Source: Verrucomicrobiia bacterium (GTDB lineage Bacteria; Verrucomicrobiota; Verrucomicrobiia; Limisphaerales; SXQI01). From it: 64,000 bases of DNA. A program made the position numbers and the translations under genes. Location of the stretch: the NCBI GenBank assembly GCA_036383895.1, contig DASVNK010000022.1, forward strand, positions 33,738 through 97,737, given 5' to 3'. Below are positions 28,447 to 37,807 of this stretch, piece by piece. The notes under the pieces were generated by a model. It was not told the DNA's origin. It saw only the letters and a program-made list of their open reading frames with translations, and ran no database searches. The number at the start of each line of letters is the position of its first letter. The first letter of the stretch is position 1.

Positions 28447-29787
28447 TCAATTGCCGCTTTCCCTAACCGCTGGCCGCGATACCGAAAACATTGTGCTGCG
28501 CTTGTTGTCCAATTCAACCGCTGCGCCGGGACTCGAGATCTGATACCCGGTCCCTGTCTCAAAATAAACCAGCGACTCGCCCTTCACTGGATCACGCAAA
28601 ATTTCAGCGAGAAATGTCGGCACCAGCGCGTTTAAATCATCGGGCAAGCTTCCTTCATGTGCGACGCGATATCTTTCCACCGTGATCGCCGCCCGCGCAC
28701 ATCGAATCTGCGTCAGCAACGCCGCCTCTTTTCTAACCGCTTTGGCAAACGCCGGAAAAACCCCGCGTGTGTGCGCGCAAAGCCGGCGCAACCCACTCGA
28801 GTAGCGGCGATCCAGCTCTTTCTCGAGCGCCTCAGTCTGCTGGTAAGCGGAGGGAAAGCCGTTCGTCATCGCCGCGATCAGTCCTTCCATCATCGCCAGA
28901 TATTCGCGTTCGTCCCGGTCAATGATCCCGAGCATCTTGTATAACCCAGCGGATGCTCTCTCCTTCGTAGTTCCCGGCGCAGGCTGGGTGAGCTGGCCCG
29001 AACGGATGAGATCAAAACCCCGGATACCCAACGTCCTCTCGCCGGCGAGTGCCCGAAAACGGCTCCGTGAACAATCCACCTCCGAGCCCTGAAGCGCTTG
29101 ATCCAGCTCCTTCAATTGCTCCTCAGTGAAACTCACGTGATGCAGCGCAAACTCCAGGCTGTGCAGCGCGATCGCCGCACACGCAATCCGCACCAACTCC
29201 GAAATCATCAGCGGCTCATTGCGCAACGTCCCCGCCAGGAGAAAACCATTCCGCAGCGCTTCAAATGTCCTCTCAGCCTCACCGTTCGTCGCTGCATTCG
29301 CTGCCGCGTAGCGCAGCAAATTCGCCAGCTTCTTCAGTTCCGCCAAATGCGGCGGAATCGTTTGGATGTTCCCTTGGAATGTCAGCGGGTACCGCGCGCC
29401 GTTCAGCTTCAATGCTTCAGCAAGGATTTCGAGCGTCTCCTGATTGTTCTCGATATGGTCCGCAATCGCATTCGCGAACTCTGGCGAAAGACTCTGCGCG
29501 CCCTGCGGCAGGCTCATGCCCAACTCTTCTGATCGCTTAAACTTCTCAATCGCCCGCAGCACCCCCACCGCCGCATTACTAGAATCCGGAACGCGTTCAT
29601 ACCACTCGTTCAATTCTTCGAACTCCGCCGGCAAACCCGCCGCACGAATCCGCTCCAACTCCTTGGAAATCTCTGTGCCCGTCTTTCTGGTCGCCACCCA
29701 AACACCCACCCCCATCACCACCGCCAGCAGCGCAAGGCAGGCAACTACCCTCCGCACCCAGCCCCATCGCTTCTGACTCGCTCTCAT
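28447..29787 (-). CDS. Membrane-anchored hypothetical protein (helical repeat ectodomain)
   Basis: Single N-terminal TM helix (VVACLALLAVVMGVGVWVA), followed by alpha-helical, Leu/Ala/Glu-rich sequence. No motif recognised. Confidence 0.5.
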   Translation of the reverse strand: MRASQKRWGWVRRVVACLALLAVVMGVGVWVATRKTGTEISKELERIRAAGLPAEFEELNEWYERVPDSSNAAVGVLRAIEKFKRSEELGMSLPQGAQSLSPEFANAIADHIENNQETLEILAEALKLNGARYPLTFQGNIQTIPPHLAELKKLANLLRYAAANAATNGEAERTFEALRNGFLLAGTLRNEPLMISELVRIACAAIALHSLEFALHHVSFTEEQLKELDQALQGSEVDCSRSRFRALAGERTLGIRGFDLIRSGQLTQPAPGTTKERASAGLYKMLGIIDRDEREYLAMMEGLIAAMTNGFPSAYQQTEALEKELDRRYSSGLRRLCAHTRGVFPAFAKAVRKEAALLTQIRCARAAITVERYRVAHEGSLPDDLNALVPTFLAEILRDPVKGESLVYFETGTGYQISSPGAAVELDNKRSTMFSVSRPAVRESGN

Positions 29788-30428
29788 TCAATTCCCACTA
29801 ACCTCCGAACCAACGCATCTAGAACCGAGGCGCACCCCGCCATCAACCCGATAAGCATCAACACCCAAACCTCAAACGCAGCGGATTCCATTTCATCCCA
29901 AACCCTTTGGACAACTCAATAGCTCATTCGTCACCTCTCGCCCTCCTCTGCGGCCGCTGCGTCAGTCTTTTGTTCTCACCAGGATGTATTCGCGCCAGAT
30001 TAACGCTTGCATCGGAATTTAACATTATCCACATTCGCTTTGGCAGTGCAGGAGCACGTGGTTGAATAGGACTCCGTTCGAGTGACCGGATTTCCATTCA
30101 TCCCCGCGACCAGAAGGACTCGGTTCTTTCCGCTTCCTGTTCAGGCCAGAATTTGAGCCATGAAGCCAATGATGTTTTCTCGTCGCCACTGCGGGATGAA
30201 TTCTCGCCACTGGTGTTTAACCTTCGACATGAGCCGCATATCGCAACAACTAACGCGTACTTACGTGCTGGATGGGCGTCCGGAAGCCCCTGTAATTCCG
30301 AAGCTTACAAATTTTTCATTCGCCGTAACTTCCGTTTTAACATCCGCCAGCCGCACCCCAGAATCTCGCAATTGTCCCTTTCTCCCGATTGACCTAGCTG
30401 CTACCCTCACCCGCTCGTCGCCGGACCT

Positions 30429-31655
30429 ATGAAACCGCGAATCACCTTTGCCGTCCTGCTCGTCGCGTTTAACTGCGCGATGTGGTTCGCCTTTGTCCGT
30501 AAACAACCGGCGGCCAAGGTTCAGACGCCCCCGCCGGCAACCAACCTCGTCACCGCGTCTGCGGAACCAGCGCCCGCCCCCGTCATCGTAGTCCGCACGA
30601 ACGCCTTCAACTGGGAACAACTCGAAGCGGAAGATTATCGCTCGTACATCCAGCGGCTCCGCGGTATTGGTTGTCCCGAGCAAACCATCCGCGACATCGT
30701 CATCGCCGATCTCGAGAAGCTGATGGCCCCTCGCGTTCAGGAAATCGAAGGCCACAAGGAGCCGCCGAAGTATTGGAAGCCCGATCGCAAGGAACTCATC
30801 CGCACGGTCGATGTGCTGGAAAAATCTTCGAAAAAACAGGAAGTCGATTTTGAGAAGCGCGAAATCATCCGCGAACTCCTCGGTGTCGACCTGGCCGCCG
30901 AACGCACCAAAGCAACCGGCGAAACCGATTTCTACGAGGAGCGCCTCACTTTCCTAGATGCGGACAAACGCACTCGCGTCCGCATGATCATGGAGAAAGC
31001 CAACCGTGAAGAAATCGCGCTGCGCGAAAAATCCTGGCTCGAAAATGACGAACTCACTCCCGAGGAACGCCAGAAGCTGCGCGAAATCGCCGCCGCGAAG
31101 GAACGCGAAGTCGCCGGCCTGCTCAGCCCGGAAGAACTCGACCAGTACCATCTCTGGTTCTCAGACAGCGCTTACAAAGTGCGCGATTCCTTCTTCGCCA
31201 TGGAACCCAGCGAGCAGGATTTTCTCGCGATCTACCAATTGCAACGTGAGTTCGATTCCGAGTGGACCAGCAAGGATACAAACTCACTTACTCCCAATGA
31301 ACGTGCCCTCTACGAAAAAGCGCAGAGCGATTACGAAGCAAAAATCCGCGAGCAACTCGGCGAAGATCGCTACGACGAATACCGCCGCTCCCGCGACGAC
31401 GATTACCAGCAACTCCAGGCCGCCGCCGCCCAATTCGGTTTAAACACCGGCATCGCCTCCGAGGTTTACGGTTTCAAAAAAGTTCTCGAAGAAGAACGCG
31501 CGCGCGTCCGTGAAATGGGCCTCACTCCCGATCAACAATACCGCGTCTTCAAAGCCCTGGCCGACGAAGCCGAACGCGCCGTCATTGAAGTCATGGGCCC
31601 CAAACCGTTCCGCTACTACGTCCGCAGTGGCGCAGGTAAATGGATTTCCGAATGA
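30429..31655 (+). CDS. Membrane-anchored hypothetical protein, Glu/Arg-rich helical
   Basis: N-terminal TM helix. Then ..FNWEQLEAEDYRSYIQRLRGIGCPEQTIRDIVIADL.. followed by charged helical repeats. First gene of a tightly packed 4-gene plus-strand operon. Confidence 0.55.
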   Translation: MKPRITFAVLLVAFNCAMWFAFVRKQPAAKVQTPPPATNLVTASAEPAPAPVIVVRTNAFNWEQLEAEDYRSYIQRLRGIGCPEQTIRDIVIADLEKLMAPRVQEIEGHKEPPKYWKPDRKELIRTVDVLEKSSKKQEVDFEKREIIRELLGVDLAAERTKATGETDFYEERLTFLDADKRTRVRMIMEKANREEIALREKSWLENDELTPEERQKLREIAAAKEREVAGLLSPEELDQYHLWFSDSAYKVRDSFFAMEPSEQDFLAIYQLQREFDSEWTSKDTNSLTPNERALYEKAQSDYEAKIREQLGEDRYDEYRRSRDDDYQQLQAAAAQFGLNTGIASEVYGFKKVLEEERARVREMGLTPDQQYRVFKALADEAERAVIEVMGPKPFRYYVRSGAGKWISE

Positions 31656-32272
31656 AAATAACCAACTTCACCCGAATCCTAGCAGCACTCGCTTCAGTGC
31701 TATCTGCGGTTCTCCTTTGCGCCTGCAACGGCAACAGCTCCACCGCTACACAATCTGCCCCGGCAGGGCAGGGGACCACTCCCTCCACGCCGTCTCAGGC
31801 CACTCTCCCGGAAGTAACCCAACCCGTCGCTCTCGCTCAGCCCGGTTACTCTAATCAACCCAGAGGCAACCCGCAGCCAAAACTCCCCGTCCTCAAACTC
31901 TGGGTCGGCACTAACGAAGTCGCCGCTGAAATCGCCTCCACTCTCGACCAGATCCGCACCGGCATGATGTTCCGCACCAACATGGCCGAGATGGAAGGAA
32001 TGCTCTTCGTTTTTCCTCAACCGCAGCAGGTCGCCTTCTACATGAAGAACACCCTCGTTCCGCTCACCTGCGCTTACATCGATCCTGACGGCAACATCCT
32101 CGAGATCTACGACATGAAGCCGCTGGACGAAACATCCCTCCCATCTAAATCACAAGAGATCCAGTACGTCCTCGAAATGAAACAAGGCTGGTTCGAACGT
32201 CACGGCATCAAACCGGGTGTCGCTATCTCCACCGAGCGAGGCACCTTCCCGCAAACTTTTCGCCGACGTTAA
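31652..32272 (+). CDS. DUF192-family lipoprotein
   Basis: ATGA start/stop overlap with the upstream gene. Lipobox LLCAC. ..GMMFRTNMAEMEGMLFVF...AFYMKNTLVPL..AYID.. is the DUF192 pattern. Confidence 0.7.
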   Translation: MKITNFTRILAALASVLSAVLLCACNGNSSTATQSAPAGQGTTPSTPSQATLPEVTQPVALAQPGYSNQPRGNPQPKLPVLKLWVGTNEVAAEIASTLDQIRTGMMFRTNMAEMEGMLFVFPQPQQVAFYMKNTLVPLTCAYIDPDGNILEIYDMKPLDETSLPSKSQEIQYVLEMKQGWFERHGIKPGVAISTERGTFPQTFRRR

Positions 32273-33325
32273 ATGTCCCGCTTCAAAGCTGTCCTCGTCG
32301 AGCACGGCTACAGCTCGGTCCAATACGAGCGCGACATCATCGAAGCCGCCAACGGCGAGTTCGTCGATTGCGACAAACTCCCGTTAGCCGAGGCCTGGCC
32401 CAGGTGCCGGGATGCGGATGCCGTCATGGTCCGCCGGGTCCAGGTCACACCGGAGCTGATCAGCCAGCTAACGAACTGCCGTATCCTCCTCCGCTACGGT
32501 GTCGGCGTGGACAACATCGACCTCGCCGCGGCGACTCGCGCGGGCATCATCGTGGGCCACGTTCCCATCTACTGTCAGGACGAAGTCTCCACCCACGCCA
32601 TTTGCCTTATGCTCGCCTGCGTTCGCCGCCTCGTCCCAACTCTCGATAAAATGCGCGTTGGCGGTTGGGACGTTCATCGCGTCGATCCCATCTACCGCCT
32701 CGCCGGCAAAACTATCGGCCTCATCGGTCTCGGCACACTCGGTCAAGCGACCGCCCGCAAACTCCAAACCTGGAACGTCCGCCTCCTGGCCGCCGATCCC
32801 TACCTCGACGAATCAATTGCCGGGTCGCTCAACGTCTCCCTCGTCCCGATGAACACCCTCCTTGCCGAATCCGACATCATCTCCCTCCACGTCCCGCTCC
32901 TCCCCGAAACGACCCACCTAATCAACGACCGCACCCTCACTCAAATGAAACGCGGCTCCGTTCTCGTGAACACCGCCCGTGGTCCCGTTGTCGACGGTGC
33001 CTCCGTCCTCTGGGCGCTCGACTCCGGCCAACTCAGTTGCGCCGCCCTCGACGTCTTCGAAGAAGAACCCCTCCCGCCAAACACTCCTCTCCGGTCGCAC
33101 CCCCGCCTCCTCGTCACCGACCACACCGCCTGGTATTCCGAAGAATCCCAAATCGAACTCCAGCAACGCGCAGCACGCGAAGTGGTCCGCGCCTGCACCG
33201 GCTCGCTTCCGGAAGCCATCGCGAACCCAGAAGTCCTCTCTCAGCTCGGCCGCGCCGCCGAATGGACGCCGAACCATCTCGCGACGTGGCAACATCGCCG
33301 CTCGCAGGAACTCAAATCGCCTTAA
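32273..33325 (+). CDS. D-isomer-specific 2-hydroxyacid dehydrogenase family protein
   Basis: NAD fold GLIGLGTLGQATARKL. ..VNTARGPVVD.. and ..TDHTAWYS.. (catalytic His region). Starts immediately after the upstream stop. Confidence 0.85.
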   Translation: MSRFKAVLVEHGYSSVQYERDIIEAANGEFVDCDKLPLAEAWPRCRDADAVMVRRVQVTPELISQLTNCRILLRYGVGVDNIDLAAATRAGIIVGHVPIYCQDEVSTHAICLMLACVRRLVPTLDKMRVGGWDVHRVDPIYRLAGKTIGLIGLGTLGQATARKLQTWNVRLLAADPYLDESIAGSLNVSLVPMNTLLAESDIISLHVPLLPETTHLINDRTLTQMKRGSVLVNTARGPVVDGASVLWALDSGQLSCAALDVFEEEPLPPNTPLRSHPRLLVTDHTAWYSEESQIELQQRAAREVVRACTGSLPEAIANPEVLSQLGRAAEWTPNHLATWQHRRSQELKSP

Positions 33326-33455
33326 CCTTAATCCGTCTTCTAAATACCCCTGATACTTTTAACGGGGAACCTGAGCCTACCGCTTTCGTTTTGCGCACTT
33401 ACCTTGTAAAGGGTTGTGCGGCCCTCGCTGCGCGCCCATGAACAATAAAGTGGAT

Positions 33456-34133
33456 ATGAAAAAACAATTCTTTGCTCTGGGAACCGCGGCCCTCATGACC
33501 GCTGCTCTCCCCTCAATCGCGGCTGATGCCGAAGTCGAAGTTAAGACGGATGTCGATAAACCAAAAACCGAAGCCCGCACTGAAATCAAACGCAAGGGCG
33601 ACGTCGATACAGACGTCCGCGTTGATCGCCAATCCGTCAAACGCACGGACAAAGCAAGCGGCTTGATTGGAATGGAAGTTCGCAACCGTCAAAACGAAAA
33701 GCTCGGCGAAATCAAAGACCTCGTTATGGACATGAATTCCGGAAAAGTTTCCTACGTCGTTCTGTCGGTAGGAGGATTTCTTGGAATCGGCGAGAAGCTG
33801 ATCGCCTTGCCCCCGAACGTAGCGAAAGTCGGCGACAATCCCGAATACATCGTCCTCGATGCGGACAAAGCCAAGATTCAGGCTGCTCCTGGTTTTGCCG
33901 CGACCGCCTGGCCAGCTCCGAACGATCCCGAAGTGAATCGTTACTGGACTGATCTGAAGGCCACGGGTTCCGCCGCCTCGAGCGAAAAAGGCCGGGACAT
34001 CGATGTTGATGCCGATGTGGACGTCGATAAGAAGAAAGCATCCGGCAAAGTCGATGTCGATACCGACAAAAAGAAGATCTACACCGACGCCGATAAAGAC
34101 CGCAACGTGAAGGTCGAAGTGGAAAAAGATTAA
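33456..34133 (+). CDS. Secreted PRC-barrel domain protein with Asp/Lys-rich tails
   Basis: Signal peptide MKKQFFALGTAALMTAALPSIAA. PRC-barrel core LIGMEVRNRQNEKLGEIKDLVMDMNSGKVSYVVLSVGGFLGIGEKLIALP. The track ORF start (33414) is probably too far upstream. Confidence 0.7.
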   Translation: MKKQFFALGTAALMTAALPSIAADAEVEVKTDVDKPKTEARTEIKRKGDVDTDVRVDRQSVKRTDKASGLIGMEVRNRQNEKLGEIKDLVMDMNSGKVSYVVLSVGGFLGIGEKLIALPPNVAKVGDNPEYIVLDADKAKIQAAPGFAATAWPAPNDPEVNRYWTDLKATGSAASSEKGRDIDVDADVDVDKKKASGKVDVDTDKKKIYTDADKDRNVKVEVEKD

Positions 34134-34156
34134 GCTCTTGAATTGTGAATTGCTGC

Positions 34157-34184
34157 AGGGGCTGATTTCGTCAGCCCCTTTTGC
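34157..34184 (+). terminator. Rho-independent terminator
   Basis: 9-bp stem AGGGGCTGA / TCAGCCCCT with 5-nt loop, followed by TTTT, 24 nt after the stop at 34133. Confidence 0.6.
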
Positions 34185-34232
34185 TTGGGCGCGGTCGCTT
34201 GACGCAGCGCAGCGCACCGCAAAGGATACCGC

Positions 34233-35759
34233 ATGGGACAGCCGTTGAGGGTGCTCTTGATCGAGGATTCGGATTTCGACGCGACCTTGCTCGTCCGGAT
34301 GCTCGGCAAGGGCGGCTACGACCTCAAATACGAGCGCGTGGAGACCGCTCAACAACTTGAGACCGCTCTCCAAGGCGAATGGGACCTGGTCATCGCCGAC
34401 TACAATCTTCCGCAGTTTAGCGCTCCCGAAGCGCTCGAAATGGTGAAAAAGACCGGTCGCGATATCCCCTTCGTCATCGTTTCCGGCGCGATCGGTGAAA
34501 CCACCGCCGTCGCCGCCATGAAAGCCGGCGCGCACGATTACCTTATGAAGGGCAATCTCGCCCGCCTGCTCCCAGTCATCGATCGCGAATTGCGCGAAGC
34601 CCAAAACCGCGAAGGCAAACGCCAGACGAAAGAAGCGTTGCTGGAAAGCGAATCCCGCTATCGCTTGCTTTGGGAAACCGCCACCGACGCCGTAATTCTT
34701 TTTGACCGCGAAGGTCGCATCACCTTTGCAAATCCCGCGGTGGAAGAACTGTTCGACTACAAACCATCAGAACTCATCGGCAAAGAAGTCTTCCTGCTTC
34801 AACCCGCCACCCAGCATTGGGCCCAGCAAGGTGGCCTGAAACGTTACCTGAAATCTTCCGCTCCTGGCCGCAGTTGGCGCGCTCGCGAAACCCTGGGCTT
34901 GAAAAAAGACGGAACGGAATTCCCCGTCGAAGCAGCGTTCAGCAACATCCAAATCGACCAAACAGTTTCCTTCGTCGTTTTCTTCCGCGACATCACCGAA
35001 CGCAAACGCGCCGAAAAAGAGTTGCAACAAAATCAGGAGCAATTTCGCGTCGCCCGCGAAATTCAGCAGCATCTCTTCCCAAAATCCGCGCCGATCTTTG
35101 CCGGCCTGGATATCGCCGGCAGAACCTTTCCAGCGGACGCAACCGGCGGCGATTATTTCGACTTCCTGCCAATGGCGGAGAATTGCGTTGGCCTCGTCGT
35201 CGGAGACGTGACCGGCCACGGTGTGGGGCCCGCGCTGCTGATGGCCGAAACACGCGCTTATCTCCGCGTCCTTGCCCGAACGAAATCCGACGCCGGCATC
35301 ATCCTCTCTGAAGCCAATCGCGTCTTAGCCGAGGATCTCGGCTCCGAACGTTTCGTCACTTTGTTCCTCGCCCGCTTAAATGCTAAACTCCACAGGCTCG
35401 CGTACGTGAACGCCGGTCATATTCCTGCCTACGTGTTTGATCCTTCCGGGGAAGTCGCGCTCACACTCAAGCGCACCGGAATCCCGCTCGGCCTGCGCGA
35501 AGAAACCGCTTACCATGAGTCCGCCGAAATTGACCTCGCTCCCGGCCAAATCTTCCTCGCCCTGACGGACGGGTTCGAAGAAGCGGTCAATGCCGAGGAA
35601 GAAATGTTCGGCGTCGAACGCGTCCTCGAAGTGATTAAAGAAAACAGAACCCGGAGCGCCAACGAAATTATCCAGGCGCTCTACGATGCTGTCCAGCGGT
35701 TCAGTGGCAGCTCGCCACAACTCGACGATTTGACCGCCGTGATCATTAAAGTAGTTTAG
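34233..35759 (+). CDS. Response regulator with PAS and PP2C/SpoIIE phosphatase output
   Basis: REC (LLIEDSDFD..., DLVIADYNLPQFSA, ..SGAIGE..). PAS (ESESRYRLLWETATDAVILFDREGRITFAN). SpoIIE (GGDYFDF, VVGDVTGHGVGPALLMA, LTDGFEEA). Confidence 0.85.
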   Translation: MGQPLRVLLIEDSDFDATLLVRMLGKGGYDLKYERVETAQQLETALQGEWDLVIADYNLPQFSAPEALEMVKKTGRDIPFVIVSGAIGETTAVAAMKAGAHDYLMKGNLARLLPVIDRELREAQNREGKRQTKEALLESESRYRLLWETATDAVILFDREGRITFANPAVEELFDYKPSELIGKEVFLLQPATQHWAQQGGLKRYLKSSAPGRSWRARETLGLKKDGTEFPVEAAFSNIQIDQTVSFVVFFRDITERKRAEKELQQNQEQFRVAREIQQHLFPKSAPIFAGLDIAGRTFPADATGGDYFDFLPMAENCVGLVVGDVTGHGVGPALLMAETRAYLRVLARTKSDAGIILSEANRVLAEDLGSERFVTLFLARLNAKLHRLAYVNAGHIPAYVFDPSGEVALTLKRTGIPLGLREETAYHESAEIDLAPGQIFLALTDGFEEAVNAEEEMFGVERVLEVIKENRTRSANEIIQALYDAVQRFSGSSPQLDDLTAVIIKVV

Positions 35760-35825
35760 ATGAAGCCGCGCGGGAAAGTGGTTGCTGTTTCGAGCTTCTG
35801 CATTAACATTTCCGCCTCTTTCGGT

Positions 35826-35902
35826 CGGGACGTAGCGTAGCTTGGTAGCGCGTCTGAATGGGGTTCAGAAGGTCGTGAGTTCAAATCTCACCGTCCCGAC
35901 CA
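35826..35902 (+). tRNA. tRNA-Pro (anticodon GGG)
   Basis: 77 nt. Acceptor CGGGACG/CGTCCCG, anticodon stem TCTGA/TCAGA with loop ATGGGGT, T-arm GTGAG-TTCAAAT-CTCAC, encoded CCA. Confidence 0.9.
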
Positions 35903-35947
35903 CTTTCCGGAAGGCCGCTAATCGCACTCTCACCCCTTCCCAGGGAA

Positions 35948-36343
35948 CTATTTCTTAAAGAACGAGAACATACTCTTCTTCTCTGTCTGGCGCTGCTGCA
36001 CTTTGAGTTGACCGAGCAGCGATTGGAAGGAGATGTAGATCTTGTGCCACTGGTTCTCCAGATTTCTGGCGGCACCCTCATTCAGGTCGCTGACGTATCG
36101 GATCGACGGAGTTCCCGAGATCAACGAAAGAATATCGTCTTTGCTCGGATTCTGCGTCTCCACCGAAGCGAGAATCAGCTCGAGTTCCTGAGTCAAAACG
36201 CTTTTCACTTCCAGGAATTGCGCTTCGTCTTCAGGCTCGAACCGTTTCTCACGGCCCAGGACCAAGTACTGGTTAAATTGTTTCCAGCACTCCAGATAGT
36301 TTTCCATCTGGTGAATCAGTTCATCTAGTTTTACTGCAGACAT
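35948..36343 (-). CDS. Hypothetical helical protein, last gene of the REC-DUF4388 operon
   Basis: 131-aa ORF, 11 nt downstream of the 99-aa gene on the same strand. Protein-like composition. No motif recognised. Confidence 0.45.
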   Translation of the reverse strand: MSAVKLDELIHQMENYLECWKQFNQYLVLGREKRFEPEDEAQFLEVKSVLTQELELILASVETQNPSKDDILSLISGTPSIRYVSDLNEGAARNLENQWHKIYISFQSLLGQLKVQQRQTEKKSMFSFFKK

Positions 36344-36354
36344 AACTTCCTTTT

Positions 36355-36654
36355 CTATTTTCGTGCGATTCCACGAGGGGTTAAAAAAATCATCGCGCCA
36401 CCGCGCAACTCGCGCGCTTTGATGTTCAGGGCGCCCATGTTGATCGAAAATTCATTAATATTCAGGTTGGCCTGTTTTGCTTCGCGGAACGTTTGCAACA
36501 CCTGCGCGGCAATCATTTCAAGGGAATTCATCGCAATGGAACTCGGGATCGTGCGAGTGACAACTTTTCCGTCCCGATCCACTGTATAGCTGCCGGAGGG
36601 CAGGGGTGGCGGGCTCTGCGCTTTGCTCTTACTAAAGATGTTCAGGAGGCCCAT
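36355..36654 (-). CDS. Hypothetical small protein (99 aa), middle gene of the REC-DUF4388 operon
   Basis: The start overlaps the end of the upstream regulator gene by 13 nt. The C-terminal ..GALNIKARELRGGAMIFLTP.. is vaguely roadblock-like, which is not established. Confidence 0.45.
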   Translation of the reverse strand: MGLLNIFSKSKAQSPPPLPSGSYTVDRDGKVVTRTIPSSIAMNSLEMIAAQVLQTFREAKQANLNINEFSINMGALNIKARELRGGAMIFLTPRGIARK

Positions 36655-37730
36655 CGTTCGCGCACCTTCTGAGAGCTTTCTTCAATTTGTTCTTTGGTCG
36701 ACGTCGGCAGCATCGCCACCACGAAAGTATCTGAACCATCCACGCTCACATGGAGGATCCTTTGCAGGCTGCGCGCCTCCAAAGTGTCAAAGACACCCAT
36801 CTCAAACCCGGGATTCAGCGAGTGAAACCGGTTCGTCACACCGCGCACCCACGCCACCACTGGCGCCGGATCTTCCGCGCCCCACTTCTGAACGGTGCCC
36901 GTGAGATCCTGCGGAATCTTCAACGCGTATTCGACTCCTTGAATCCGCCCCAGGCTGGTGTTCTTAAAGAATTGCGTATCGGTGAGATGGATCTCTTCCT
37001 TTTCCGGATTTTTATCCGCGGCTTCGTCGAGCGCCTGTGCGGTGTCGAGCAACAATCCTTGGTAGGAGGTCAGGATTCTTCGCGGCCGCTCTGAATCGAC
37101 CGCCACCGTTTCGAAATTTCCGCTCTTCCACGAAAGAATCTTTTTGAACGCATCTTCCCCTGTGAGTTGATCCGTTTCCGCATCGATCACATCGCCGTTC
37201 TGGATCCAAATACGACCTTCCAGTCTTCCATTCGTAATTTTCAGAATTGCGGAACTGCCGGAAAGACATTCGAGCTGGATCAAATCGACCAGGCTTTTGC
37301 TCTGCACTCCACGGAAGCCGCCGCTATTCTCGCTATCAATGAGCGATTCAAGACAATCCGTGAAAAACTTCATCTCCTTCTCGCTTTTTGGCTTTTCGAG
37401 ATAGAGATCTATGCCCATCGCATAGGCGCGCCCGCGCATTTGATCATCAGCCACTCCGGTCAAAACCACCGTCCGAAGTTGTGGGAATTTCCTTCGCACA
37501 ATTGCGAGCACCTGCAGCCCGTCCATGCGCGGCATGCTGAGGTCCGATACCAGCAGGTTAAATGATTCAGCATCAAGCATGGCCAGCGCGCTCGCCCCGG
37601 AAGTAGCGATGTGAACCTCGGGTTCGGAGGGAAGTTGGAGCAGCACCTGCTGATACAAATTCAGCACATCTGGATCATCATCCAGCAGCAGAATTTTATG
37701 TTTAACAGCAGTCGCGGCCGTCGCGCTCAT
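36642..37730 (-). CDS. Response regulator: REC + DUF4388 (PATAN) + roadblock-like C-terminal domain
   Basis: REC (KILLLDDDPDV..., LLVSDLSMPRMDG, ..VLTG..). DUF4388 (FRGVQSKSLVDLIQLECLSGSSAILKITNGRLEGRIWIQNGDVIDAE...GEDAFKKILSWKSGNFE). First ATG is at 37730 (the track start at 37739 is TTG). Confidence 0.8.
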   Translation of the reverse strand: MSATAATAVKHKILLLDDDPDVLNLYQQVLLQLPSEPEVHIATSGASALAMLDAESFNLLVSDLSMPRMDGLQVLAIVRRKFPQLRTVVLTGVADDQMRGRAYAMGIDLYLEKPKSEKEMKFFTDCLESLIDSENSGGFRGVQSKSLVDLIQLECLSGSSAILKITNGRLEGRIWIQNGDVIDAETDQLTGEDAFKKILSWKSGNFETVAVDSERPRRILTSYQGLLLDTAQALDEAADKNPEKEEIHLTDTQFFKNTSLGRIQGVEYALKIPQDLTGTVQKWGAEDPAPVVAWVRGVTNRFHSLNPGFEMGVFDTLEARSLQRILHVSVDGSDTFVVAMLPTSTKEQIEESSQKVRERWAS

Positions 37731-37739
37731 CAGTATCAA

Positions 37740-37762
37740 GTATCGGCAGCTTGTGCCGATAC
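37740..37762. promoter_or_regulatory. Perfect 9-bp inverted repeat in the divergent promoter region
   Basis: GTATCGGCA-gcttg-TGCCGATAC. It lies inside the 77-bp gap between the divergently transcribed REC-DUF4388 gene (37730) and the roadblock/mglA/mglB operon (37808). Confidence 0.4.
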
Positions 37763-37807
37763 GTTATCTACGAAGTGAAAAATTCTGCGGTTTAAGAACC
37801 TGCCATC

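Noticed and set aside
32665-33441. 258-aa Arg/Pro-rich plus-strand ORF
   Set aside because: It is an alternative frame of the 2-hydroxyacid dehydrogenase gene. Its low-complexity RP-rich translation is typical of an off-frame reading.
33513-34604. 363-aa minus-strand ORF spanning the PRC-barrel gene, its terminator and the start of the response regulator
   Set aside because: It crosses an intergenic terminator and two well-supported plus-strand genes and has no motifs. It is a shadow ORF.
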